DNA of 64,000 nucleotides from a bacterium (GCA_965233585.1 CBDDTI010000729.1:1-64000); one strand, 5' to 3'; numbered from the stretch's first letter, positions 13,971 through 24,785 are shown. The notes: generated from the letters alone by a model not told the origin. A program made the numbers and translations.

Positions 13971-15727
13971 TCAATCCCCATTTTTTGCTGGTCTTCAAGT
14001 ATGCCAAAGGGCATGTGAAGCCATATTGTATTGGCTTCTTCTTCATCATTCTCACCAACTGGATCAGTGTCAACATTCCCAACTATATTCAGCAAATCAT
14101 AGACTTCATTTCATTAGACCAATGGCAAAGTTTCAATGCACTCTGGCAAGCGATTGCACCAACTCTTTTGATGATGGTCGCTTTGGCTTTTGCCATGATT
14201 TTTACAAGAGTTTTATCGCGAACATTCATTTTTAACATCGGACGTTCTATTGAATGTGAGATTAAAAATGACTGCCTCGCCAAGCTGTCGTCATTGAGTG
14301 CCAATTATCATCAAAGTCACACAAGCGGTCAACTGATTTCACGTATCAACAATGACATTTCTAGTATTAGGCTCATCTGTGGCTTTGTGCCTGTGCAAAC
14401 TGTGTCCACTCTTGCCATTCTTTCTATGGCGCCTTTCAAAATGATTCAAATCTCGTGGGCAATGACGTTGTATACTGTCATTCCTATCATGTTGAGCTTC
14501 ACTTTATCAGTGGTTTGTATTCAAAAAATGATGCGATTTGTCCGTGGACGCATGAAAGAATTGCAAACTTTGTCCAGTTTTACCTCACAAGCCATTTCAG
14601 GTGTTGATGTCATACGGCAATACCAAGTCAATGAATGGGCATCTCAAAAGTTTAAGAAAAGTAGCCGTCAAATGTTGCAATATGCTTTGAAGGTTTTTTT
14701 TCTGCGCAATGTTGTTTTACCTTTTATGAATAATTTAGATTATGTCTTAAAAGCATTGATTATTTTGTTAGGTGGAACGTTGGTCATTCAGTCTGAACTG
14801 ACATTGGGAGAACTCACAGCATTTTTGGCATACATTAGCCTCTTGACGACTCCTTTGACGGGCGTTGGTTGGATGATTAATTTGGTACAGCAAGGGCTTG
14901 CAGCGATTGAAAGTCTGGGGGTCATTTTGAACCAAAAGGCAGAAGTTGAGCCATTGCCAAGACTTGCACCCGATAAGATGGCACATGTCTTTGACGATGG
15001 TTTACAGGTCAAGAATCTTTCTTTTGCTTATCCAAACTCCCCTGACGTGTTGAAGGACGTCAGCTTTGAGGTCTTGCCCGGTCAAATGATTGGAATATTG
15101 GGTGCGGTGGGTTCAGGCAAGACCACTCTTGCAAATTGCCTCAATCGTTATTTACCTGTTGCTGATGGGAAACTTTGGTTTGGAAAGTATGATTTGAACT
15201 ATTTAGACCTTGCTGATGTGAGGACTGTCATCAGAACCGTGTCACAAAGTCCGTTTTTATTCTCTGACACGATTGAAAACAACATCTATTTTGGTCTTCA
15301 AGAGGGGCAAACTCTTTCTCGTCAAGAATTTCAAAAAATTGTGTATGAGTCTGCATTGAGTCAAGAAGTGGAGCTTTTTCCACAGAAAGAACAAACACTG
15401 ATAGGAGAACGTGGCATGATGCTTTCAGGTGGTCAAAAACAAAGGCTCAGTCTAGCACGTGCATTCAGTGCGTCTTGTGATTTGTTGATCTTAGACAACG
15501 TCCTTTCTGCTGTGGATTATGAGACAGAACGTTTTTTGTTACAGCAGATTCACAAACAAAATCATTGCAAAAGTCTGCTGATCATTTCTCATCGGATCAA
15601 CGCTTTCACAGGGGCAGATTTGATTTTGACTTTGCAAGATGGAAGGATTACAGAGAAGGGAACACATAAAGAACTCATGCAAAACAAAGGCTACTATTAT
15701 GAAACCTTTGTTCTGCAAAATTCATAA
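13967..15727 (+). CDS. ABC exporter, fused permease/ATPase (MsbA/MdlA-like)
   Basis: TM domain plus GAVGSGKT, LSGGQKQR and ILD motifs. Confidence 0.92.
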   Translation: MINPHFLLVFKYAKGHVKPYCIGFFFIILTNWISVNIPNYIQQIIDFISLDQWQSFNALWQAIAPTLLMMVALAFAMIFTRVLSRTFIFNIGRSIECEIKNDCLAKLSSLSANYHQSHTSGQLISRINNDISSIRLICGFVPVQTVSTLAILSMAPFKMIQISWAMTLYTVIPIMLSFTLSVVCIQKMMRFVRGRMKELQTLSSFTSQAISGVDVIRQYQVNEWASQKFKKSSRQMLQYALKVFFLRNVVLPFMNNLDYVLKALIILLGGTLVIQSELTLGELTAFLAYISLLTTPLTGVGWMINLVQQGLAAIESLGVILNQKAEVEPLPRLAPDKMAHVFDDGLQVKNLSFAYPNSPDVLKDVSFEVLPGQMIGILGAVGSGKTTLANCLNRYLPVADGKLWFGKYDLNYLDLADVRTVIRTVSQSPFLFSDTIENNIYFGLQEGQTLSRQEFQKIVYESALSQEVELFPQKEQTLIGERGMMLSGGQKQRLSLARAFSASCDLLILDNVLSAVDYETERFLLQQIHKQNHCKSLLIISHRINAFTGADLILTLQDGRITEKGTHKELMQNKGYYYETFVLQNS

Positions 15728-15741
15728 ATTGACTCACTTAT
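15671..15741. repeat. 71-bp direct repeat, copy 1 (3' end of ABC gene)
   Basis: gaactcatgcaaaacaaagg...cacttat recurs at 17183-17253 with one mismatch; period 1512 bp. Confidence 0.92.
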
Positions 15742-16967
15742 TCAGGGTCATTTGAATTGACGGGGTCAGTCCCAAGGTGACCCGCAATGTTTGTTCCGAG
15801 TGAGTTATAAGTCTGATTCCTCAGTGGAGAAAAATCTCCAGCATCATCAATCAATGTATTAACTTTTGATGCCGTATCTGATCCGTTAGGGTTCTTGACT
15901 TCAGGATCAAAAGTTATTGTCATCCCGTTTTGGTCATCAATAGAGGTGAAGGACGACAGATTTTGGTCAAAAATGCTGTCAAAATCTGGGAAGGTCCCTT
16001 CCTGACGATCTGCGTTATTACCAAGTATGTCAGCTCTCCTTTGGTACCAAACAGTGTTCTTGTTGCTAAAGATAAATTTTGAATAATCTGGGTCTCTTGG
16101 TGTTTCTCTACCGGGAAAACTGAAATTAGTCACAATCAAATTGTTATCGTCTTCATCAACCAACACATAGGCTGTATCTTTAGATAACTGTCTCACCGAC
16201 TTCTGACCTCCCGCCAAAGTCGTTTCGTCTCTATCTACTTTCCTAAGCTGTTTCACTAGCAAGTATTTTCTGGAATCTGTTGGAAACCAAAACTCGCTGT
16301 AGCTTCGTCGCTTAAAAAAATTATCTTCAATGATCACAACATATAAATTTTTGTCAGCATCATAAAAAATCGTTTGAAAGTCAAGGATGCCGTTAGCGTT
16401 TTTTGATTGCCATCTGGCAACGACCCTTTTGCTATCAGCAGTCCATTGAACCAAATTTTTGTCACCAAATCTAATAGAATTTCCCCCCTTATAAAAATAA
16501 GAACCACCTAATAGGTCTTGAATTTCAGTGTCTATGTCAGACGCACTTTCGTCAGTATGTAGATTGGGATATTTCTGTTTTAACCTTTTAAGACCTTCTG
16601 CAAATCTACAAATGAAGCGTAGGCTGTCATCACTTCTGAGGACAGGGGTGACATCCGCAAAATAAAAATCATCGCCATCTGCTTTGATTTCTTCTAATCT
16701 ATCATTCGTTTCAAAATTACAAGTTTCTGAGCCTTTTCTATAAAAGTTCCCTACAAGCTCAAAATTGATCAGTGAAGTATTGAGAGCGAATGGCTTCGTT
16801 GGACGTTCTTGTTTTTTAGGCTCATCGTCATCATCGTCATCGTCATTATCTGCACAAGCAGAAATTGCCAAGACAAGAAACGGAATGAACAACAAGCGAA
16901 GCAAAGAGGGTTTTGAGAAGGTTTTGAAAAAACCCAACTGAAATAATTTATTTTTTGCAGTTTTCAT
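15738..16967 (-). CDS. Uncharacterised lipoprotein, paralog A
   Basis: Signal peptide with lipobox LAISAC then an Asp-rich tract; paralogous to 17250-18491. Confidence 0.82.
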   Translation of the reverse strand: MKTAKNKLFQLGFFKTFSKPSLLRLLFIPFLVLAISACADNDDDDDDDEPKKQERPTKPFALNTSLINFELVGNFYRKGSETCNFETNDRLEEIKADGDDFYFADVTPVLRSDDSLRFICRFAEGLKRLKQKYPNLHTDESASDIDTEIQDLLGGSYFYKGGNSIRFGDKNLVQWTADSKRVVARWQSKNANGILDFQTIFYDADKNLYVVIIEDNFFKRRSYSEFWFPTDSRKYLLVKQLRKVDRDETTLAGGQKSVRQLSKDTAYVLVDEDDNNLIVTNFSFPGRETPRDPDYSKFIFSNKNTVWYQRRADILGNNADRQEGTFPDFDSIFDQNLSSFTSIDDQNGMTITFDPEVKNPNGSDTASKVNTLIDDAGDFSPLRNQTYNSLGTNIAGHLGTDPVNSNDPE

Positions 16968-17052
16968 AGTAATATCCTGAATTAAAATATAATTTTATTG
17001 ACTAAGTTGATAAAAATGCCTTGTAAAAAACAAAATACATGACAAGAAAAAC

Positions 17053-17113
17053 ATCATACTTTAAAGCCAAAAAACTTGTCAAATTTTTTGACAAAATACT
17101 AATGTCTTAACTT
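17053..17113 (-). promoter_or_regulatory. Sigma70 promoter with overlapping palindrome, copy 1
   Basis: Minus strand TTGACA-N18-TATGAT; TTGTCAAA-n3-TTTGACAA over the -35; 57-bp block duplicated at 18571-18627. Confidence 0.6.
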
Positions 17114-17182
17114 AAAGTCATGGGAGGTTGCAAGCATTGTTAAGAGGCTTGGCTTTTAGAGTTAAAAAGATTACAGAGAAAG

Positions 17183-17253
17183 GAACTCATGCAAAACAAA
17201 GGCTACTATTATGAAACCTTTGTTCTGCAAAATTCATAAATTGATTCACTTAT
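17183..17253. repeat. 71-bp direct repeat, copy 2 (orphan copy of ABC gene 3' end)
   Basis: Matches 15671-15741; preceded by gattacagagaa as in copy 1. Confidence 0.92.
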
Positions 17254-18491
17254 AGAGGGTCGTTCTTGTTGCCAACGGCAGTCTTGAGATGATCAGCAAT
17301 GTTTGATCCAATATTGTCATAAGTCTGATTCCTCAATGGAGAAAAATCTTCAGCATCATCAATCAATGTATTAACTTTTGATGCCGTATCTGATCCGTTA
17401 GGGTTCTTGACTTCAGGACGAAAACTAATGAACGTATCATCTTCTCCCTCAAGAAATTCCAAGGAAAACAAATTTTGACCAAAAATTTCCTTAAATTTCT
17501 CCTCTGTTGGGTAAATCCCTCGCTCACGGGTTACATTGTTAACATTACCACCATTTATTCCAACCCCGCTTTGGTACCAAATAGTTTGACCTCCGCTAAA
17601 TATAAATTTTGAATGACGTGCAAGAAATACTGGTGCTGGTTGTGATGGCGATGGTTTAGGTCTATCACCAAATCCTAAATTGGTCACGATGAAGTGGTCA
17701 TCATCTTCGTCAATCAAGACATAGCCTTCATCTTTATCTGCGAACTGGTTTACATTAAGCCACTCATCTTTTTTATGTAAGATTTTCACTAGTAAGTATT
17801 TTCTGGAATCTGTGGGAAACCAAAATTCGCTATAGGTTCGTTGCTTCAAAAAATTATTTTCAATGATGACCACATAGAGGCTCTTGTCAGCATCATAAAA
17901 AATCGTCTGCAGGATAGAGGAAAAGTTAGAATCTTTCCATTTGGCAACGACCCTTTTGCTATCAGCACTCCATTGAACCAAATTGTCGCCGAAACTGATA
18001 GAATTTCCCCCCTTATAAGAATAAGTGCCACCTAAAAGGTCTGTGATTCCAGAATCTATCACAGACGCTTCATCATCAACATTCAAATTGGGATGATCCT
18101 GTTTTAACTTTTTAAGACCTGTCGCAAACCTACAGATGAGATTCAGGCTTTCATCACTGTTCCGTGCTGGACTGATATGAACAAAGAAAGGATTGTGAGT
18201 TCCATTTAATACATCAATCTCTTTGATTCTGTTTTCACTGTCATATTTACAAGTTTCTGCTCCTTTTTGGTAAAAGTTGCCTACAAGCTCAAAATTGATC
18301 AGTGAAGTATTAAGAGTGAATGGTTTTGTCGGACGTTCCTCTTTTTCATCATCTTTTTTGTCGTCATCATCTTCTGCACAAGCAGAAAGTGCCAAGACAA
18401 GAAACGGAATGAACAACAAACGAAGCAAAGAGAGTTTTGAGAAGGTTTTGAAAAAACCCAATCGGAACATTCTATCTTTTATGATTTTCAT
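17250..18491 (-). CDS. Uncharacterised lipoprotein, paralog B
   Basis: Lipobox LALSAC then an acidic tract; shares LNTSLINFELVGNFY, SEFWFPTDSRKYLLVK and PEVKNPNGSDTASKVNTLIDDA with paralog A. Confidence 0.82.
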   Translation of the reverse strand: MKIIKDRMFRLGFFKTFSKLSLLRLLFIPFLVLALSACAEDDDDKKDDEKEERPTKPFTLNTSLINFELVGNFYQKGAETCKYDSENRIKEIDVLNGTHNPFFVHISPARNSDESLNLICRFATGLKKLKQDHPNLNVDDEASVIDSGITDLLGGTYSYKGGNSISFGDNLVQWSADSKRVVAKWKDSNFSSILQTIFYDADKSLYVVIIENNFLKQRTYSEFWFPTDSRKYLLVKILHKKDEWLNVNQFADKDEGYVLIDEDDDHFIVTNLGFGDRPKPSPSQPAPVFLARHSKFIFSGGQTIWYQSGVGINGGNVNNVTRERGIYPTEEKFKEIFGQNLFSLEFLEGEDDTFISFRPEVKNPNGSDTASKVNTLIDDAEDFSPLRNQTYDNIGSNIADHLKTAVGNKNDPL

Positions 18492-18566
18492 AGTAATCTC
18501 CTTAATTAAAATATAGATTTATCAAATAAAATACAGGTTAAAAAGAAAAAGGCATACAAGGGGGGC

Positions 18567-18627
18567 ATTGTACTTTAAAGCCAAAAAACTTGTCAAATGT
18601 TTTGACAAAATACTCATGTCTTAACTT
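18567..18627 (-). promoter_or_regulatory. Sigma70 promoter with overlapping palindrome, copy 2
   Basis: Minus strand TTGACA-N18-TACAAT with the same TTGTCAAA/TTTGACAA inverted repeat. Confidence 0.6.
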
Positions 18628-18737
18628 GAGTTCAAAATGAAGGACAAGTCCCAACAAATTTGAAAAACGGGCAAAGGTGAAAATCTGAAACCTCAAAATC
18701 AACCAAAATCAATTTTAAAAACTAACTATTTAAAAAA

Positions 18738-20054
18738 TTAACTGTCTAGGATTTGCCAAGTTTTTTGAAGCAGTTGATTTTTGGGTGAGTTTTGGGGTTC
18801 TTCTGCAATCTTTTCCCAAGGCATGAAGCCCAGTTGTCTTTTGCCTAAGTCTGTTAAATCTTCAAACGTCCCTCTGTTTTGGTAAGACACTTCACGATGT
18901 TCTGCCGCAAAATCTGGGGAGCTTTCCCCTGAAAGAAACGAGTCTTTTTGCTCTTTGAGAAAGTTTGCATTTTTGACGCACAGAGGCGCTGCTCCAATAT
19001 AAATGACACTGCTACATTCTTTCCCGCAATGCTCATCGGCAACAGCATGAATCATATCAGGATGCCACCAAACTGTGTCGCCCGGATAGACTTCTGGAAT
19101 CGGCACTAAACCTTTCATTAAATGGTGATGCCATTCTTGAGTCGCGGCATGAGCACGTTTGGGTTGTGAGCCACAAAGCAAATCATCAGGCACATCATCA
19201 AGCAAGGGTCTGAGCAAAGTGTAAGCAGTCAGAGGCTTGAGCATCGGGACAAGCTGAAGTGTTCCATCGTTGAGACCTTGTCTTGTTAATGCTGTCCAAC
19301 CTTGAAACGAACGAAAGGCACGACAAACGGCAGGAGATGGAATTTCTTTGACTTCCAAACGTCCCCCCACGTTAAAAGGATTGTAGGACTCCCAATTTCC
19401 ATGAAAGATGCTTTGATATGTCCTTTCTCTGTAATTAACATCAAGCCATCTTTCAACCGAACCACTGTCAATATGTGGGGACAAACCAAGCGTTTTGTCT
19501 CCCGGTTGCCTCATGCGGATTCTGTCAGCATACACAGTTTGGTATTCGGGCAAAAAAAGAGGGTTGCCATGCTCATCATTAGCGTTCCAAAAGCTGTTGA
19601 GAAACGCACAGGTTGTTCGCATATTCTCATGTTGCCTTGCCAAAAGCTGAGACTTTGACCAGAAAATATTGAAGATTTGGGGTTTGCTTGCTCCAAGTTC
19701 TCCAAAATAATTGTCTAACCCTGAAGGGACGTCTTGAGTGTAGTAATTATTTTCTTCAAGATAGGCTTTCGCATCTTCATACCACTGCGTCGCTTGTGTC
19801 CTTGTGAACACATTGCGAATAATGGCACAGCCACATCGTTTCAACGTTTCTTTTTCTTGGTCAGAAACTATCCCATCTTTGACCCTTTGAAAATCAATTT
19901 GAGGAACAACAGAATCCCCTTTTTGATGAGCTTCTTGAATCCATGACGTTTCATCTTTCACGGATTCCAAGACGTGACTCCAGACTTGCTCTAAGTTACC
20001 CAATCCTTCACGTAATTTTTGCTTGATCTCAGAAATGTTTTGTTCCATTGTCAC
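18738..20054 (-). CDS. YbiU/DUF1479 (Gig2-like) Fe/2OG-oxygenase-fold protein
   Basis: YADRIRMRQPG, LSPHIDSGSVERW, FRSFQGWTAL, PGDTVWWHPDMIHAV, PDFA. Confidence 0.85.
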   Translation of the reverse strand: MTMEQNISEIKQKLREGLGNLEQVWSHVLESVKDETSWIQEAHQKGDSVVPQIDFQRVKDGIVSDQEKETLKRCGCAIIRNVFTRTQATQWYEDAKAYLEENNYYTQDVPSGLDNYFGELGASKPQIFNIFWSKSQLLARQHENMRTTCAFLNSFWNANDEHGNPLFLPEYQTVYADRIRMRQPGDKTLGLSPHIDSGSVERWLDVNYRERTYQSIFHGNWESYNPFNVGGRLEVKEIPSPAVCRAFRSFQGWTALTRQGLNDGTLQLVPMLKPLTAYTLLRPLLDDVPDDLLCGSQPKRAHAATQEWHHHLMKGLVPIPEVYPGDTVWWHPDMIHAVADEHCGKECSSVIYIGAAPLCVKNANFLKEQKDSFLSGESSPDFAAEHREVSYQNRGTFEDLTDLGKRQLGFMPWEKIAEEPQNSPKNQLLQKTWQILDS

Positions 20055-20244
20055 CTCCCTTTTCTTTATCTATACTAGATTTTGTTAACACTATGTTGCT
20101 TAAAGCAGAAAAAAAGACTCTAAACATTGTCACATAAATCTATTTTAAATCAAGAAATTTTGAAAGTTTTTTGAAGGCGGGAAGTCAGCCGTTACAACAT
20201 CAGTTGCTTTAAAAAATGACAATTTTTAAAGTAAGTGTCATCTT

Positions 20245-21339
20245 TTAGCGCAAACGGTCTCCAGTTTTGGGGTCAAACAAGACGGCTTTGTTGAGGTTAA
20301 AAGTGAGTTCTTCTTCGTCACCTTTTTGAACGTCAATGTCTGATGATTGTTTTGCAATGACTTCGTTGTCTCCAAGTAAGAAGAAGACAAAGGAATCTGC
20401 ACCTGCCATCTCTACTAAATCAATGTTGCAGTTGAGTTTAACAAAGTTTTCCTTTGGGGGGGTGTTGTCTAACGTGATATGTTCAGGACGTATGCCAAGA
20501 ATGGCATCACCCGATTTGATATTGGAAAGATGATGAGGGAAGGTCAAAGGTGCGTGGCTGCTGTGTTTAATCGTCACTTTAGGTAAACTTCCAGTTTTTT
20601 CAAGGTGAACGGGAATAAAGTTCATAGAAGGTGACCCCATGAATCCAGCAACAAACAAGTTGTTTGGGCTGTTATAAACTTCATTAGGAGTCCCTACTTG
20701 TTGAATCACACCATCTTTCATTAACACGATCCGTGTTGCAAGGGTCAGTGCTTCAATCTGGTCATGGGTGACATAAATGGTTGTCGTCTTCAAAGTTTGG
20801 TGTAATCGCTTCATTTCCGTTCGCATGTCCACCCTTAATTTTGCATCAAGATTAGAAAGGGGTTCATCAAACAGATAAACTAACGGTTTTCTGACAATGG
20901 CACGTCCCATCGCAACACGTTGCCGTTGCCCGCCTGAAAGTTGAGAAGGCTTGCGACTCAATAGGTTTTCAATCTGTAATGTTCTGGCAACATCTTTGAC
21001 AGCATCTTCCCTTTCTGACTTACTCACCCCCCGCATCTCCAAACCAAAAGTAATGTTTTCCTTGACAGTCATATTGGGATAAAGTGCATAGGACTGAAAG
21101 ACCATGGCAATATCTCTTTTGGAAGGGTGCAGATTTGTAACATCTTTCTGGTTGATGACGATTTGACCTTCTGTCACAGGTTCTAAACCTGCTATAAGGC
21201 TCAAAAGTGTAGATTTTCCACAGCCAGAAGGTCCAACCAGCACCAAAAACTCACCCTCTTGAATGGCAAGGTTGATGTCTTTTAGAATGTGAATTTGTTC
21301 AAACTTTTTTTGAACACTTTGAATGTTGAGAAACGTCAT
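20245..21339 (-). CDS. Sugar ABC transporter ATP-binding protein (GtsD/MalK-like)
   Basis: GPSGCGKST, LSGGQRQR, DEPLSNLDAK. Confidence 0.94.
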   Translation of the reverse strand: MTFLNIQSVQKKFEQIHILKDINLAIQEGEFLVLVGPSGCGKSTLLSLIAGLEPVTEGQIVINQKDVTNLHPSKRDIAMVFQSYALYPNMTVKENITFGLEMRGVSKSEREDAVKDVARTLQIENLLSRKPSQLSGGQRQRVAMGRAIVRKPLVYLFDEPLSNLDAKLRVDMRTEMKRLHQTLKTTTIYVTHDQIEALTLATRIVLMKDGVIQQVGTPNEVYNSPNNLFVAGFMGSPSMNFIPVHLEKTGSLPKVTIKHSSHAPLTFPHHLSNIKSGDAILGIRPEHITLDNTPPKENFVKLNCNIDLVEMAGADSFVFFLLGDNEVIAKQSSDIDVQKGDEEELTFNLNKAVLFDPKTGDRLR

Positions 21340-21344
21340 AGATT

Positions 21345-22217
21345 TTAACCTTTTACCGAGCCAGCCATCAGTCCTCTCACAAAGTGCTGACCGGCGAAAA
21401 TATAAACTAAAAGAGTGGGAATTGCGGCAATCATAGCAGCTGCCATGTGAACATTGTATTCCTTCACACCAGTAGAAGTATTGACCAAATTATTCAGAGC
21501 CACAGTCACAGGGGCGGATTCTCCAGAAGCAAAAGAAGCACCAAATAAGAAGTCGTTCCAGACATTTGTAAATAACCAAATCACTGTGACGACAATGATT
21601 GGGGCAGAATTGGGCAATAGGATTCTGCTAAAAATTCTAAAAAAACCTGCTCCGTCAATTTGTGCGGCTTTGATTAATTCGCCCGGGAATAAGTCGTAAT
21701 AATTACGGAAAAACAAGGTGCTAAATCCTATTCCATAAGTCACATGCACCAAGACCAAACCTGTTGTACTGCTGGCAATGCCTAGCTTTCCTAAAACTTG
21801 AGCCCAAGGAATCAGAACCGATTGAAAAGGAATGAAGCACCCAAACAACATTAAGCCAAAGACAACCTTATGCCCCCTAAACTTCCATTTGGTCAAGACA
21901 TAACCATTGAATGCCCCTAAAAATGTTGCAATGACAACCGCTGGCACTGTCATTTTGATAGAGTTCCAAAAGAACCCTTTTAAACCTGAACAGTCCAAGC
22001 CAACACAAGTATTCCCCCATGCTGACAACCAAGGCTGAATTGTCCAGTCTTGGGGCAATGCCAGCATGTTTCCCTGACGGACTTCTTCCAACGTCTTAAA
22101 CGAGGTCAAAATCATCACCAAGATTGGCAAAAGATAAAGCAAAGCAAAGGCAAGGAGAGTGGTGTAAATCAAGACCCTAGAAAAATGCAAGGGTCTCTGG
22201 AAAGAAGCATCAGGCAT
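21345..22217 (-). CDS. Sugar ABC transporter permease (GtsC-like)
   Basis: EAA loop ELIKAAQIDGA, WNDFLFG, GLMAGSVKG. Confidence 0.92.
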   Translation of the reverse strand: MPDASFQRPLHFSRVLIYTTLLAFALLYLLPILVMILTSFKTLEEVRQGNMLALPQDWTIQPWLSAWGNTCVGLDCSGLKGFFWNSIKMTVPAVVIATFLGAFNGYVLTKWKFRGHKVVFGLMLFGCFIPFQSVLIPWAQVLGKLGIASSTTGLVLVHVTYGIGFSTLFFRNYYDLFPGELIKAAQIDGAGFFRIFSRILLPNSAPIIVVTVIWLFTNVWNDFLFGASFASGESAPVTVALNNLVNTSTGVKEYNVHMAAAMIAAIPTLLVYIFAGQHFVRGLMAGSVKG

Positions 22218-23097
22218 GTTTTTTCTCCCCAAGTTCAACGTAAAGATAAGGAATGATGATACTGGCTATCATCATCAACATAATGATAGCACTTGATGCA
22301 CCAACTGCCATCTGGTTACGGGTAAAAGTGTAACTGTACATGAAAGTTGATGGGAGTTCTGTTGCATTACCCGGACCACCTCCCGTTAATGCAATGACAA
22401 GGTCATAGCTTTTAATTGCAAGGTGAGCTAAGACAATAAAGGAAGAAAGGAAAATCGGACGGAGCTGAGGGATAATAATGCGATGGTAAACCCTCCAAGT
22501 AGATGCTCCGTCAATTTGAGCCGCTTTGAGCATTTCATGGTCAATCCCCCTCAAACCTGCTAAAAACATAGCCATAATAAAACCAGAACTTTGCCAAACT
22601 CCTGCAATGACTACCGTGTAAATCGCCATATCAGCATTGACCAACCAATCAAAAGTAAAACTCTCCCAACCCCATTCATTGAGCGTTTTTTGCAATCCAA
22701 GTCCTGGATTTAAAAACCACTTCCAAGCCGTTCCTGTCACGACAAAGCTGAGAGCCATCGGGTAAAGATAAATAGGACGCAAGCCGTTTTCAATCCTGAT
22801 TCTTTGGTCTAGTAGAATCGCAAGAAACAAGCCCAACACCATACAAATGACAATGTAAAGCCCCCCAAAAATCAATAAATTCTCTAAAGCAACGTACCAG
22901 TTTTTAATCTTCCAGAGTTTTTCGTAAGAATCTAATCCAGCAAAACGGTAATTGGGAAGTATTCTGGATTTAGACAGAGAAATGATGCCTGTCCAAATGA
23001 TGAAGCCATAAACAAAGAGCAGGGTAATGACAAAGGAAGGAGCAAGGATAATTTTAGGAATTTGCGTTTGAAGCCAAGCAACTGATGTGTGTTTCAT
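22210..23097 (-). CDS. Sugar ABC transporter permease (GtsB-like)
   Basis: YLYPMALSFVVTG, KAAQIDGA, GGGPG. Confidence 0.92.
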   Translation of the reverse strand: MKHTSVAWLQTQIPKIILAPSFVITLLFVYGFIIWTGIISLSKSRILPNYRFAGLDSYEKLWKIKNWYVALENLLIFGGLYIVICMVLGLFLAILLDQRIRIENGLRPIYLYPMALSFVVTGTAWKWFLNPGLGLQKTLNEWGWESFTFDWLVNADMAIYTVVIAGVWQSSGFIMAMFLAGLRGIDHEMLKAAQIDGASTWRVYHRIIIPQLRPIFLSSFIVLAHLAIKSYDLVIALTGGGPGNATELPSTFMYSYTFTRNQMAVGASSAIIMLMMIASIIIPYLYVELGEKKHA

Positions 23098-23256
23098 AAT
23101 CTTTTGAGGAGGGTGTCAAAATTCCATTGATTGAAGAAGATGCTACATGCCTTGAACCGAAGGTTTCAGAATATCCAAGTTTGACAAATCTGAAGTGACC
23201 AATGAAGATTGCCACTTGATTTGACCAGATAAATACCAACAGCCTTTCAAAAAAAC

Positions 23257-23290
23257 TCCTTCTTGAGTAAACAACCTCACTCAAGAAGGA
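23257..23290 (-). terminator. Hairpin/terminator after the sugar-binding protein gene
   Basis: 12-bp stem tccttcttgagt/actcaagaagga followed by a U-run on the minus strand. Confidence 0.7.
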
Positions 23291-23304
23291 AAAAGGAAAG
23301 ACGT

Positions 23305-24567
23305 TTATTTGGCAGCTTCTACGGCATCAACCAACTCTTGCACAGCTTCTTCAGAAGAGATACTGCGGTTAAAGTGTTTTGTGACAACATCATAGACTGC
23401 ATTTTTAACTGCAGCAGGTGCGGCATGACCATGAGCAAGGCTTCCCATTAAGTTTCCAGAAGCAGAGGCTTCTCTTAGGTCTTTCATACCTTTCTTACCG
23501 CAGGCATCAAAGTCTCTGTCACTGACATCAGTTCGTGCAGGAACAGAGCCTTTGACCACGTTAAAAGCAGATTGGAATTTAGGAGACATGACTGCACGAG
23601 CCATTTTGGCTTGAGCATTTTGCTTGCTTTCATCTACTTCAAACATGACAAATTGGTCTGAATTAAATGTCACCTGTCCTTGCGTACCGGGGAAACGAAA
23701 ACATAAAAAATCGCGACCGGGTACTTTCTTGGCTCTCAAAAATTCACCCTTTGCCCAATCTCCCATGACTTGCATACCAGCTTTGCCTTCAATGACCATT
23801 GCCGATGCCAAGTTCCAGTCTCTTCCGGGGAAGTTGGAGTCCACATGATCCCGCATTTGAGCCATACGTTTGAAGACATGCAACATTGTGTCAGACCCAA
23901 GAGCTTCTTCGTCAAGTTCTACCAGTGCTTTTTTATAAAAGTAAGCACCACCTGTTGTCAAGACGACACTGTCAAAGATTGTTGCATCTTGCCATGCCTG
24001 CCCACCATGAGCTAAGCCGATGTAGCCTGCGTCTTCGATCTTTTGCAGAGCTGCAATCATCTCATCAAAACTCATAGGGATTTCAAGATTCAATTCATCA
24101 AAAATTTTCTTGTTTGCCCAGACCCAGTTGGTGGAGTGTACGTTGACAGGAGATGCAACCCACTTTCCTTCATACTTGGAAAAACGTTGTAGTGCGGAAG
24201 GCACGACGTCGTCCCAATTGTCCTTTGATGCTACAGAGTTAAGATCAGCAACCACTCCTTGCTCACCCCAATCTTGAATATCAAAACCCAGCATTTGCAC
24301 AGCAGCTGGAGCGTCACCAGAAGTAACTCTTGCACGCAGAACAGTCATGGCTTGTGTTCCGCCACCACCCGCAACAGGCATATCTTTCCAAGACACACCC
24401 TGTGATTTTAAATCTTTCTTCAATACATTCAACGCAGCTGCTTCCCCCCCAGAAGTCCACCAATGCAAAACCTCTACTTCATCAGCAAGAGCGACAGGGA
24501 CACTCAGAGAACCCAAAACTGCAACAGATGCAGCATTTTTAGCTACGACTTGAGCCAACTTTTTCAT
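23305..24567 (-). CDS. Glucose/mannose ABC transporter substrate-binding protein (GtsA-like)
   Basis: [31 protein letters not shown] typical of GtsA-type glucose binders. Confidence 0.88.
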   Translation of the reverse strand: MKKLAQVVAKNAASVAVLGSLSVPVALADEVEVLHWWTSGGEAAALNVLKKDLKSQGVSWKDMPVAGGGGTQAMTVLRARVTSGDAPAAVQMLGFDIQDWGEQGVVADLNSVASKDNWDDVVPSALQRFSKYEGKWVASPVNVHSTNWVWANKKIFDELNLEIPMSFDEMIAALQKIEDAGYIGLAHGGQAWQDATIFDSVVLTTGGAYFYKKALVELDEEALGSDTMLHVFKRMAQMRDHVDSNFPGRDWNLASAMVIEGKAGMQVMGDWAKGEFLRAKKVPGRDFLCFRFPGTQGQVTFNSDQFVMFEVDESKQNAQAKMARAVMSPKFQSAFNVVKGSVPARTDVSDRDFDACGKKGMKDLREASASGNLMGSLAHGHAAPAAVKNAVYDVVTKHFNRSISSEEAVQELVDAVEAAK

Positions 24568-24785
24568 AAGATAATCTCCAAAAAAACATGATTAAAAAAC
24601 GCTGTTCAACAGCAAAGAGAGTGGTGGGATTTTTTCATCTGAACCATGTCTTGTCAAGAAAAAAATTGAAAAAAACGAAATAAAAAACAGGATACATTTT
24701 TGATTATTCCTAGCAAAAATAAAGCCTCAAGTCTTGTTTGATTTTTCTGGTCATCAGAACAACTGACAGGGGTCGTTTGGGGGAA

